A stretch of DNA of 64,000 bases, taken from the NCBI RefSeq assembly GCF_009834535.1, contig NC_045697.1, positions 118,668,001-118,732,000 of the forward strand. Reading direction: 5' to 3'. Source of the stretch: Camelus ferus (Eukaryota). Below are positions 39,114 to 51,600 of this stretch, piece after piece (positions within the stretch are counted from its first letter, which is position 1; each line of letters opens with the position of its first letter). The notes beneath the pieces are model-generated. The model did not search any database. It saw nothing but the letters and a program-made list of their open reading frames with translations, and was not told where the DNA came from. Made by a program: the position numbers and the translations under genes.

Positions 39114-39166
39114 GTTTGTACCAACCTTGACACACGTTCCTTAAGAACGGTGATGCTAACTGTATC
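39114..39166 (+). repeat. 53-bp perfect direct repeat, copy 2
   Basis: Identical to 37203-37255; identity continues 4 more bases (gcgg) after a single a/t mismatch. Confidence 0.97.
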
Positions 39167-40979
39167 TGCGGTCTGTGGTGGGTGTCTGCACAACCATCTC
39201 CTTAGTTTTTTTTTATTTTGACTCTGCCTTCTCTAGCCTTTTCTGAACGTGAACTCCTGCTGGCACTTTCTGCAGACCTAAGGCTTTACTCCCAAGTCTG
39301 TCACCCACGGTTCCAGGGATGAGTGTCTGTGTCCCCTCACTTCCTACTCTCACATGGGCTCCGCTAACCCTTGGGTCCTGCTTTAAACTCCAGTCCCACA
39401 CTCAGGTCACAGTCCGCCCAGTTACTTTTCTGACAACGCAGATGGATTTCAGCAGGAAGCCCGTGGCGGAGGTATTCTGTTTATGCTGTTCCTTTCAAGC
39501 TCCTAAATAATCCACCTGTACTCACTCGATAAATACAAAACACTACTAGGTATGAGGCACCCCTTTTGATGATACAGTGATAAGCAAAGCATGCATTACA
39601 CACGTGAGATCAAAGTGTGGGCTGTCCGTCTGTCTGTCCGCTACCAGTATGGGTTCTACACTAACTGACCCCAGAGGCAGCACAATTTGTCTATACTTCT
39701 GATTTTTATAAACATTGTGTATTTTGGTTGCTTTATGTTCTGAATAGTATGAAGTTTACAGGTGACCTCTTCCATTTAGAACTTCATACTTGAATACTCC
39801 AGATCTCTTGTGAATTAATAAAAATGCATTTTACCTCTACTCTTGTCTCTGTGTGCAGCCTATGAAGCAAAGAGAATCAGCATCCCTTAATCCGAGTGGA
39901 ATATTTTAGATGATTTCAAGGAAAGAACAGAGTTAATCAAGTAAAACATTTTTCCACAGGAGTGGTTATAAATCTTTATTTTACAGATGCAAGATTGAGT
40001 TTGATAAAGACAGCACAGAGAGAAATTAATGGGAGAAGACATAGTATATAAAAAGAAATCAGTTTTCTAAGTGGAATAGCTGAAATTTTCTCAGGAACTG
40101 TAAAGTAACCTGTGACTCTAACTTTTATAGAAGTAAGACCCAGAAAATTCTATACCAGAAGAATCCTGATAACCAAGCATCATGAGAATTTGTTAATCTG
40201 TTTTTAGAGAGGATGCCACCACTGGCATATAACTTCTGATTACCAAGTGAAATAACCCTAAAGGTAACAGCATTCTACCCACTGAGTTTAAATTAATCTA
40301 AAATGTGAATTTTCTTCCCAGGGATTAGAAAGTGTTATGTCAGAATTGTGAAGCAATTGCTGGATAAACCAAATGGTGTGATTGGGTCAGTGTGCAGCTA
40401 ATATTTACCACACTTTGCAGCCAGAAAGGGTTATAATTGCTGACACCTTTAGGGCACTTTCTGAAGTCCGTTCCGGGTGCCTGCTCACTTGGAACCTGCC
40501 TCTTCTCCGCAGGTCAGTGAATGCTTTGGGGCGCAGCTGTCCTGTTTGCTGTTTGGACACGGTGGCCATCTGGTCCTTGAGCTGAGCTATTCAGATGGAC
40601 TCTCTCAGGAACTGGACCAGGAGGCATGGAGCTTAGCATCAGTCCAGTGGTCTGTGGGAATAGGAAGTCAGGAATAAGGGAAGTCATTTGGGGTTTGTGT
40701 GGTGTAGGAGCACAGAGGATGGTCTGCAGGGAAAAAGCAGGTGGGCAGGGAGGAGGGGAGGGGCTTATGCTCCTTCTGGACCATCTCCAGGCCCTGCCCT
40801 TGAGGTCTGGGAGGGTCAGCCAGCCCCACCCACCGCCCACTGACTCTTTACAGAATAAGCATGTGTAAGATTCCCTTTCTTGCGAATATCCCCAGGTTAG
40901 CTTTTGATAACTGAAACAGTAATGTCACCCCCAGAGCAGCCGGAGGGCACCTGGGACACCAGGAGATTAGTCAGTACTC

Positions 40980-41001
40980 AAAAAAAAAAAAAAAAAAAAA
41001 A
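40980..41001 (+). repeat. Isolated A22 homopolymer
   Basis: Pure A run with no SINE or L1 body visible 5' of it. Confidence 0.95.
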
Positions 41002-41984
41002 GGCATTTTTAGCTGCTGCCAAGGTAAATCTTCCCAAATCCTGATTATGTTTATTGAAGCAAAACTCCTGCCAATGAAAAGGAGATGTGTTTCTGGCGAA
41101 GGCAGCACCCTGCTCTGTCCTCTGGACGATGGTGACGCTGACACTGACCGGCTGGATGGCCTGGCCCCGGGGGTTCCTTTTGTTGTCACCAGTGGGTAGT
41201 AAGCTCTGCAGGGCGATCCTCTTGCACCACCGAGCCTGCTAACAGCTCCAGCACTGAAGGAGCTGCTTGGTGCCTTTTCTGTTGAAAGGTGGCCCGTGGG
41301 GAGAGGGAGGTGCTCGGGAAGCACTGGGTTTGCTGACATGAACCAGACGTGGACGGTCCCTTCCAGAGTTTACACACTGACCGGTGACCCCCTGGCCGAG
41401 GACTGTGGGAATGCTGCGTGTTCTCACAGATACGAGCAGCCCACGTGTGAACTGTCCTATTTTCGTCAATATTCTGGGGACAGTAATAAATGCCGAATCG
41501 CCCACTCTCTGTGGGTGGAACCACAGGGGATTGTGCAAACAGACTGCAGGGGCTTCCTGGGTGTGACAGCTTCCATTTTCCCACCCACACTTTATTTGGG
41601 GGAAAAAATGGACTGTTACCAAAACATAAAATTTGAGACCCTGTGTGTTTCTATTCAGCAAGCATTTCAGGACCCCTTTGGGGAATGGGGTGGCTTTCTT
41701 TCTCCAGGGGCGACTAAGATGAATCACGCACAGCCTCTGGCCTCATGGGGCTTACAATCTGTTGGAAGTGAGAGAAAGACAGCTGTGTTTACTGGTCAGC
41801 CCTGAGTGCCACGCTTCACTCGTCACGAGGCTGGGCAGTGGGGGTACGAGGGCAGCTGGGGTCATGTGCCCCTTGCTCTTAGGACTGGATCTGCTTCCTA
41901 GGGCAGCCAAGCACTGCACATGGAGGGCCACATCCTTTCCAAAACACGTGGTGGAGGGTACTTCTATCCAAAATAGGGTATGAT

Positions 41985-42457
41985 GGCCCCAGGCATGCCT
42001 GACTCACAGCAGCACCACTCCACCCTCTGCCTCCCATCTCCAGTGGGCACCTTCCTCCCGTGTCAGTGTGTTCACACCATCTTCTTACACAGACACCGGC
42101 CACTTTGAATTAAGGGTCCACCTGACTTCAGTACGACCTCTCCTCAGCTGATTACATCGACAGGGAACTGTACAGCACAGGGACCTATATTCAAATCTTG
42201 TAGTCATCAATAATGAAAAGGAATCTGAAAAGGAATGTATGTATGTACACATATAACTGAAACCTGATACTGTACACCAGAAATTGATGCAACACTGTAA
42301 GCTGACTAGACTTTGATACTTTTTTTCAAAAAAAGAAAAGAAATATACTAGTAATTACATTGACTGTGACCCTGTTTCCAACTAATGTCGTATTCTGAGG
42401 TCCTGGGGACTAGGACCCTGACATCGCTTTTTGCAGGACACAATTTGACCCGTGACA
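41985..42457 (-). mobile_element. MLT1C-like LTR interrupted by a nested L1 fragment
   Basis: gacaccggccactttgaattaagggtccacc..cagtacgacctc and gaccctgtttccaactaatgtcgtattctgaggtcctgggg..gacacaatttgacccgtgaca are contiguous in the MLT1 consensus. Confidence 0.82.
42158..42353 (+). mobile_element. L1 3' end inserted inside the MLT1
   Basis: tgtacagcacagggacctatattcaaatcttg...tgtacaccagaaattga plus A-rich tail; duplicated attacat at 42151-42157 and 42354-42360. Confidence 0.88.
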
Positions 42458-43901
42458 CGAAGCACTTAGGAAAAAGGATACTTATCAAAGTGGAGTAATT
42501 CACACACCTGTCGAAAATCATGAGACATGAAGGTAAAGGTAGAACTGGTAGAGAATTCGTGTGTGATTTGAGCTTGAGGAGGACAAAGGAGATGAAGAGG
42601 TTTACAGTCCCAGTTCTCTGCTTGGTTGCCGGGGTCCTCGTCGAAGCAGTCTTGTTCTGAGCTGGCTGCCCTCCCCTCCCGCACCAGACACCGCTGTGCC
42701 CGCAACGCAGTTTCTGTGCCTTCTCTCCTGTGAGTCCACTGTCACAGGACCTGGGCCTTGGAGACGATTGTCCAGATCTCCCAAATCACAGAGCTCCTCT
42801 GTCACCAGGATTCCCCAGCTGGCTACTTCAGCAGGGACAAAACTGAAGTCCAGCTGGTAAGTGTGCCCTGATCGCAGCTTAAAGTCCAGAAATGCCATTG
42901 GTCTCAGACTTGTTTCTGAGTCCTGCGTCCTCCTGTGACAGTCACTTGAAAGCCTTCCTGTGACAGGGTCTGCATGCTGTTTCTTCAGCTTCTGCCATCT
43001 GTGTGGGTGACAACGCCCAGTCCTTCCTTCTGCCACTGAGCCCTGGTTACAGCACAGAGATGGGTGGAAGGAGCCAAGAGCATCTGGCAGGAGTGGAGAC
43101 ACAGGTCGTGGGGATGTGGGTGGAGAGTGGTGGGCAGCCCCCTGACCCTGGGCGCAGTTGGGCCACACCGAGGCAGTTCCATGGAGAATTATCAAAATAA
43201 TCAATCCATCTAAATGTTAGGGTTGCTTAGGAAGTTTCAGTTTCCAAGAAATAGGAACCAAATATGGAACAAACAGTACCAAGCTATTTGCACAGTCCAT
43301 CAGCGCAGGTTTATCTTTCCCATTTTTAAAAGAATGCATATCCTCTGTTCAAATTTCCTAACAGTGTTACTTACAGTTTTTTAGAACAAGGAGCTAGTTA
43401 TTTTGTCTATCTTTTGAAGTTATTACATCAGCCAAGATTCAATCAGAGAAACAAAGTTACTGGGAGCGATTGTATAGGATAAAGCTGTATCATGGGGATA
43501 ATTGCCAGAGTTGTTGATTGCAGAAGATTGCTGGTGCTTTTTTTTTCTTTTGAGTTAGATTATTTTGAAAATGTAGCATATTGTTGCTTTTCTGGCAGCT
43601 TTATCTAGACGTTGTTTTCAGGGAAATGAGTGCACATAAACACCAACAATGGGCCATTCAACTCACACCCTGCCCCAGAACAGGTCTTTCCAGTGGTGTT
43701 CCTCCATGAGCAAATACAATGCCCCAAAAGACAAGGCTTGCATGGGTGACACACTGCAAACAGAGAGATTTCAATAGCACCGAAAAGGTTCAGAGTCACT
43801 GTGACATTGTTCTGCAGAAAGAATAGTCTTGGCAAAGGCAGCTCTGTGCGGTGTAGCTGAGTGGTTTGTGGCTATCCCCCTCAGTTTCTGTTTTTAAAAG
43901 A

Positions 43902-43922
43902 CACACACACACACACACACAC
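43902..43922. repeat. Short (AC)n microsatellite
   Basis: About 10 units. Confidence 0.93.
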
Positions 43923-45499
43923 TTCTTACCCTATTAAATTCTCCAAAAAATTCTTAACTTCTGTTTCTGAAAATAGTACAATTCTCCTGCCCCACAGGAG
44001 CATCTATCAAGTTTATTTCCATAAATAAAGGAAAGCTTTTAATGGAATTAGTTCTTTTTGACTCAGCTTGCTTAATTTTTCATTCCCTTCTCTAATTTTG
44101 AAACACTGAGTGGCTGGACAGAATGACAGAAGGACTGTGGTCAGCTGTTTTCTGTGGCGACTTTCCAGATTAAAGACTACATATGTAAGTTTGTGTAATA
44201 AAGCACATTGTCTAGAATTGTTGCATTTCTTACTAAGAACAGCATTTACTCAGCTGCTTCCATATTCTTTTACTGCTAATGAAAATATACTGGCTGTGAT
44301 CAGAAAACATTTTCCCACCCCTAAAAATTGACCAAATGTCCTCAAGTTTCCCTGTATTTGCTTTTCAAAAAGTCTGCCTGGAGAAAATAAATGTCCAGAA
44401 TTACCAGAGATAGAATAAAAACATCTTTGGGGAGTAGATTAGGGAAGATTGCTCCAGGTAGGAGGAGAAGCTGGGAGGTCTGCGTGATTCATGGAGCCAA
44501 GAATAAATAAATCCATCTCAGATGCAGGTAGGATACTAAGAAGAATTCAGGAAATAGGAATCCCCAAACAGTAGCTGACACTTACTGAGAGGTTCCTCTA
44601 TACCAAATTCTGTGCATGAATTATTTGATTTAATGTCCCTCCAGTTTTGTAACGTGGACACCTTTACTGCACTTACTTCATAGCGATTAAATTACAGAAT
44701 AGTCATTTGTCTAAATGACCACAGCTACCCCAGATCCAGATGCAGATCCAAAGGGCTGTAACACCGTTGAAAATGTTGCAGCATTGGCTGTGTATGGAAA
44801 ATTACCAGTTCACATAGAGATAAGTAGTTTATTTCTTTTTCCTGGAGAAACACAGAGGCAATACAATGAAATAAAATTGTCATTCCTTTGATTTCTCTCT
44901 AAACATACATTGCGCCTGTGATAAGGTAAATGCTGGGTAACAAATCTGGAGGTGACACCTTTTCCTCTCTGCTCGCGCCTTCCTGCCCTGCAGCCCAGGT
45001 GGAGACAGCGGGGCCCGCTGCTTGTGCTGGTCCGTGCACGGTGCACAGGTGTCAGGTCTTTGCAAGGCCCCCCTCTTTCATTTCCCCTTCATCCCCGCCA
45101 TCAGCCCCATTCTATGGCCAACATGCTAATGGACGTCCTAGGACACAGACACATCCTGAAGAGTTCTGTGGGGTGTTTTCCAGAAGGATTTGTTATTGGG
45201 TTGGTCCCATTTCTTTTTCCCTAAGTAAGGCTGATTGGGCTCCAGAATGTGCTCTCCATATGCACCCCCACGGCAGGGACACGAAGATGCTGGTGTTCTT
45301 CCGTCCTCACCAAATCCCACTATTATAACTTCCACCTGGGTCTCCTTTGGTGAGTCAGCAGGACTCCTTTCATTGCTCAGCTTCCTGAAGTTAGCGCCCC
45401 CTACTCCATACAACAGGGAGCCATTCAGTGTCCCCTCTGAAACCGTCTATGCAGCGAACTTGCTCATGTTTCTACTGGGCATCCTCTTTTTCCCAACGA

Positions 45500-46010
45500 A
45501 ACATTTCCCAACTGTAATGTCATAAATATATTCTCCTTTATTCTCTTCTAGTATTCTTTCATTTTAGCAGCCAGATTTAGGACTTTGATTCATTTAGAGA
45601 TTATTTTTGTTTCTATTGCCTGTAATTTTATTTTTCTCCATATAATCAAGCCTCATAAAATTCTCTACAAAGTACTCTTGTTGTTGTTATTGACAGTAGG
45701 GCTTGATTTCATAAAACTTTCTAAACAAAGTGGACTCTGGTGTTTATATTGCATTCCATTGGTCTGTTTGTTCCCATGCCAAAACTACACTATTTAATTT
45801 TAATTTAATTTAATTTTATTTTATCTTATTTTATTATAATGGCATTGTGAAATGTCTTCATACATCCTTGGCTGAGTCTCCCTCTTTGCTCTTCTTATTC
45901 ATAGTCTGTATTATTCATGGATTCTTTTTTATCCATATGATTTCTTAATCAATCTGTTCAATTCTTTAAAGAATTATGCTGAAATATTACCAGGAAATAC
46001 ACTGAATTTA
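45500..46010 (-). mobile_element. Very old L1 (L1ME-type) remnant
   Basis: T-rich antisense L1 ORF2-like phrases (ttattttgtttct, ggtctgtttgttcccatgccaaaactacac, atccatatgatttc). Highly degenerate. Confidence 0.5.
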
Positions 46011-47904
46011 TAACCTGGTTTGAGAAGAATGACAATGAATACTCATGTTTCAATAGAGTAACAATTTTAAAGGTTTCATTTATAATTTCTAAATTTGAAT
46101 GAAAGGGACTAAATTCAAATTTGAAATGTGTTTTGGATTCCTTGAAGGATGCAGTTCTTAGAAATTTGCTCCATTCTTTTTTAATAAGTTTAAAATGAAA
46201 TACTCATGAAAATCCAAATGGGTAAAATACGTTTATTTTCTTTTCTACCACATTCCAATTCATACGGATGATAGGATCACTGTGCAGGGGCTGCGGGGCT
46301 CATCGTGTGATCTGTCACCCACCAGAAGCTGCTCCCATCTCAGTGCAGGTCTGAAAGCATGTCCACATTTGTGAACTTTCTCATCCCCTGCCCTACTGCT
46401 TTTACCTGAAGCTGGTACTCCTCCTTTTCTTGGTTCATGAGATTCGCACAGTGTGTTTGCTAAAATTACATATTCTTGGTACCTGCTTTCATATATTCTG
46501 ATCCTTTGCATCTTGGACAGTGTTCAGGAATTAGCATTAAAAACAAACAAAACCCAAGAAAGGTCTAAAGCGGATGGTTGGGGCACCACATTTGAGAAAC
46601 ATAATGTCCCCTCTCATTCTGATCTTCACCCTAATACTGCTGTGTCTACCCTTCTTGGACTCTTGGCCAGTTTGCACCAAGGGGTCAGCTGCTGGAACAG
46701 AAGTACCCTGACTCATGGGAGCACGAGTGGTTATTTGACTGCAATCCCAAATCTTAAAATTTGAATATAAATTCACTTAGGCATTTTCCTTGACTTGGGC
46801 TTAAAAATGATAACTGGCTAGATAATCTAACGATCAGAAATTCCAAAGCATATTGTTCACAATGCAATACATTATTTAAAGGAAAGGAAGATCTACCAGA
46901 CCAGGAAATAAAGAATATTCTGAATCTAGGTGCCCTATCAGGTGGCTGGCTGTGCGGTACATCATATAAATGACCAAAGACAGGAGTGACATGGGGCCAC
47001 CCTGCTGAGCTGTCTTCCGTGTGGTGGGGAGGATGGCAGAGCCCATGTGAAGGCATCTTCTCCCCTTTGCAAGAGAAATCAATATTCTCATACATGCCAG
47101 CTAAAAAGAGTGAAATTGTCTGTTTTTCTAGTTCTTCATAAAACTTTTAATTTTTTACCCAACTCTTTCGGTTGCCATGGAAATTTATTTCTGTAATAAA
47201 CTGCACCGGCCTTTCGAAGAGCAGCCGTTTCCTCTCCAGCACAGCATTGTATTAATAGCTCTGTTTTAATTGGATAGAACTTTCATTTTTTTTCTTTTGA
47301 GAAAAACCAATCTGTGCTAGTTGTGGAAACAATTATTCAACATGCAGCTTTTAAAAAATCTATTAGAACAATCTCCTGGGAAAGTCGAAAGCCAGGCAGG
47401 ATTAGCTTTCCAAGCGGGAAGACACTTGTACACACTCGATGTCGTGCAATCCAGCAAATCTGTGTGGTTTATTTTTAGCATAAATTCAGCTATTTCATTT
47501 TCCCCTACAGCTGAGTGAGAAAATTAAATGATTAAAGTGGTCTTAAATCTCTGCACACGCTCAAGTTAGAAAGACAGGAATTAGGCTACATACATAATGG
47601 AACAGCAACAGGCTGTGAAATTCTCATTTCACCTCATTTTTCTTTGAGTACTTTTCCAAACAATTCTTTTCTCTAATATTTTATGTGATCTAATAGTGAA
47701 AAATAGAGTAGACAATTTCAGAGAAGGTTAAAATCAACGCTGCCTTTGGAGAAATCAATCTGAAGGCTTTATTGTCTCTTTAAATTCTTTATTATAAAAT
47801 AAACTTACAAATGTAACAATGATCATTGTTATACTAATGAACACCTGCTTAAGTTGCAAGATCATTGAAACACAAAGGGCAAAGTAATAAAAGAGACTAT
47901 TTGA

Positions 47905-48120
47905 TTGTAGATACTGACAGGTATATATAGAATAGATAAACAAGATTATACTGTATAGCACAGGGAAATGCATACAAGATCTTGTGGTAGCTCACGGTGA
48001 AAAAGGATGTGACAATGCATATGTGTATGTCCATGTATAACTGAAAAATTGTGCTGTACACTGGAAATTGACACAACATTGTAAACTGACTATAATTCAA
48101 TAGAACAAAATCTTTTTAAA
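47905..48120 (+). mobile_element. Young camelid-type L1 3' end with perfect 16-bp TSD
   Basis: TSD aaaagagactatttga at 47889-47904 and 48121-48136; body cagggaaatgcatacaagatcttgtggtagctcacggtgaaaa...cactggaaattgacacaacattgtaaactgactataattcaat. Confidence 0.95.
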
Positions 48121-48447
48121 AAAAGAGACTATTTGAAAAATACTCTGACTATTTCTCCATAGGTAACTGACTTTTAGAAGACCCGTTAACCTCTGGGGAC
48201 ACAGTTTCTTTAACCATAAAGTGATTGATTTAATGTTACATATGTGTTCATTGAAAAAAGAAGCAGAAGGAATATTCAAACATATTCTTTAAAGAAGAAA
48301 ACACAATCTGCTAGTGGAAGGAAATAATTGTTCTGTTAATAGATAACATGATTTCTAGGCTTTTGAACCTGGATCAGAAACACCAATAGTGCATTCAGGA
48401 CGTAGGCTTAAATAACTAAAATGTTAAATAAATAAGTTAGCTTCTAT

Positions 48448-48675
48448 GAGCTCCAGTTTGGGATTAACAGACACACACTACTATATATAAAATAGATAAA
48501 CAACAATGACCTAATGTATAGCACAGGGAACTATATTCAATTTCTTTTAATGAGCTGTAATGGAGAAGAATCTGAAAAAAAAATATGTATGTATATGTAT
48601 AACTGAATTGCTTTGTTGTACACATGAAACTAACATTGTAAATCAACTACACTTCAATCAAAAAAAAGAATTTTA
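48448..48675 (+). mobile_element. Artiodactyl-type L1 3' end
   Basis: gggattaacagacacacactactatatataaaatagataaacaac...tgaaactaacattgtaaatcaactacacttcaat plus A tail. Confidence 0.92.
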
Positions 48676-51600
48676 AAAATACTCAGGAGAGACCCAATTA
48701 AAATCAATTAATTTAAAAAAAAAAAAAAGAAAAGAGTTGTATTAAACCAAGTGTTCTTTACTGGGGTTGTAATTCGTGGCCTCAGAGGACACCAGAAACC
48801 CTGCCACAGTACGAAGACTTTGGGATGCATGTGCGTTTGCTAGGAAGAGGGTCTGCAGCTTTTTCCCCAAGAACTTCAAAGGGACGGGCTCCTAGAACAC
48901 CAGACAATACCAACATCCTGTTGCTCTAACATCTTTACGAGCTCTCTGACTTCCAACCCCTTCTTTGTTGACCTTCCAGTCCCAGTGATAACATATCATA
49001 AAATGTAAATTGCCCATCAGAAATATTTCCTTATAAATAACACAGATAGAATAATTATCCTTTTATAACAAGGATATTCTGTGAATCAGTTGTCATGAGG
49101 TTCCTGAAACACTTTGTCTAAAAAGATGGCCCCAATTGATCACAAATTCCACTAACGTGGAGACATAGTGTCCACAAAAAGGAAACAAGTTGTTTCTTAT
49201 GCAACAGGGTTTGTCTTGAGGAACAGATGGAAGGTAACCTAGAGCAGGTGGGCTGTGTACACATGTGTTATGTAAGAAGAGGCAGAAACTTTGCCTAATG
49301 AGAAAGTCATCTTCAGTTAAAGCGTGGGAGGACATTTTTCCATTGAAACAAAGGCATAGTGATGAAATACTAAAGCTGTCAATATAAAAATTGCTTTAGC
49401 AACTCTGTTGAGTATTGTCTTGGTGTCTAAAGAAGTGAGGAGTGAAGAAATGAGGCAGATAGAAAACAAGGAGACCCCAAGCTGGGTACTGACAGAATGG
49501 GGTAGTGTGTTGGCATCTGGTGGAAGTTTCTGGCTTGATTAATTCTATTCTTTCAAATTTCTCTTCTCCTTGTGGAATGTCTCATGTGACAAGACGGAGA
49601 CCATCGACATATAATACATTCAACTGCTGATTTTTAATTCCCAGAGGATAAGATGTTTGTTAGAACACCCTGGGGCTAATCTCTTTGAGTTTCATAGGAC
49701 ACTGCTACAGTTCTTTAGACTCCTGATGGAAAACATCACTTTAATATGTGATTTTTTCCCCTGGTCTTTCAATAGTTTTGACTTTGGGACTGTGTGCACG
49801 ATAAGGTTGACAGGGTGTAGGGGAAAGAGAATGAAGGGGAGGGATTCCCTCTGGCTGGCTCTAAATGATCTGAGTTATTAATGAAGTAGAGATGTGTTGG
49901 TGTGAGCGGATCACATCAAACCAGACAAGACATAGACTACTGATGATTGGTGTGCATGCTTGGACCTTGCTATGAATGCATGTATCTTCCAGAAGAGAGA
50001 GGCTGGAAGGGTCCCTAGGGTGATGTTGGAAGAAGACGTTGATTCCAGCAGGTGCAGATGCCACTGTACATCAATTGAGAGCTTTTAGAAGTGTGTTCAT
50101 TCCCTTTCTCCCCATGCTGCATGTTGGAATTCAAAGATAATAAAACAAAATCACTGCCCCAAAGAGCTAGTGTTTTGTGGCAAAGAAAGGTGGGGAAAAG
50201 GATGGAAATAAAATACCAGACAGAAGAATGTTCAGAATGTGATGAATGAGATTTGAAATACTTCACCAACTAGACTGATTAGAATGTTATGTTCTCAAGG
50301 CAGAGAGAAGATTAATAGCAAAATTGCCAGAGGCAAGATTTCAGGGGGTCTCCCCTCCCTCACTATGAAGTGACTGTGGGGAGCAGTTTTACTGTGATGT
50401 CAGGGGCTGCCCTGGGGTTCAAGACCCCTGACAGAACTCTGCTCTTCCAGGGACTTCAGGAGACCAAGAAAGAAAATCGAGTCTTGTGCTTACAGGGTGA
50501 AAAGTTCAAATGAACTAGCAAGGAAGTAAAATCAAGGAATTGACAATCAGGTGGCAGGAGAGAAAGCCTAGAAGAGATTCTTTAACATATGTAAGCCTTC
50601 CACGCAGAGTGAGTGACTGGAGGCTGGGTGCCGGTGTTCATCTCTTGTGTGAATTGTACCCTGAGACTCATGTGAGCCCCGTAAGGAGGGACACCATCAG
50701 AGAAGAGAGGGGGACTCCCAACACCTGGGCCCCAACCCTGCAAGGGACAGAGGTCACCTTGACACTCTAGCCTCAACAAATGACCCAGCAATGGAATATG
50801 GGGAGAGAGGTACAGAGGTCTGCCTTCTCAAAGGAAAGCTACTCAGAAGCTACGTTGAAGGAACTCACAGAGCACATTTCTTAGGGAACTTCTTTGGGAC
50901 ACCGATCAGAGACAACTGAGGCTCAAGGTGGGAGGACTCCAAACTGTAGGAAGCGGACACACTACACGGTAATTTGTTTTCTGCACAAGAGAGCTGGCGT
51001 GAAAGGTATCACAAATTTCCCTCAGAAGGAGTTGAAGTGTTGTGCTTCTCCCTTCATCCTTCAGCAATTCTTGGAAGCCCCTCTCCTTTCAGAGGTAGCA
51101 GTCCTGTTTATCCCAGAATTCTCAGTGGGAAATAACTGACATGAGTAGGCAGGTGAGGAAAGACAGCAGAGGCTCCCTGCTCACTGCTCTCTGACATTAG
51201 TGACCTTGTGGGAGTTTCTTGTTCTTGCTTATGTAGGCTTATCCCTTACCTCTCCGTCCCCTGCCTTTATCTCCTTATGATCTTATCCCCGTTATAAATT
51301 TATCCTGTTCATACTTAACCACACAGCCAGATGGTCAGCATGTGACAAGCATTTATTCCATGTGATCTAAAAGGCAGAATTAGAATCATTCTGTAGAGGT
51401 TTCCAGGAAACAGTTGGAGATGAATATACAGGAGGCGTCTCTGGGAAGTCTTAGAGTTCAGTGACGTTGTGATGGCTTGGCTGCTGAGATGGTGACCTTC
51501 GTATCACCAGGGCTGTTTTGCAAAGAAGCTGGAAGGCCACTTAGCAGGAAGTGACAGAGACATTTGTTGCACTGAGTAGGAAGTTCATTAGGGGACACCT

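Noticed and set aside
42748-42856. Plus-strand 109-nt exon candidate (cacag|G...CTG|gtaagt), open in one frame
   Set aside because: Isolated with no partner exons or homolog; it shows that such candidates arise by chance on both strands, which also tempers the minus-strand candidates.
42602-43204. Longest tracked ORFs (200 aa here; also 21589-22146, 16844-17338, 36614-37093, 38757-39221)
   Set aside because: Non-ATG or repeat-overlapping, Ser/Pro/Gly/Arg-rich composition typical of translated GC-rich non-coding DNA, no recognisable domains.
12241-48646. Recurrent similar ORFs (MYSLV.., MIYNVSF.., MNYSQF.. at 12241, 29163, 47897, 48464) resembling a gene family
   Set aside because: All are antisense translations of the same L1 3' UTR.
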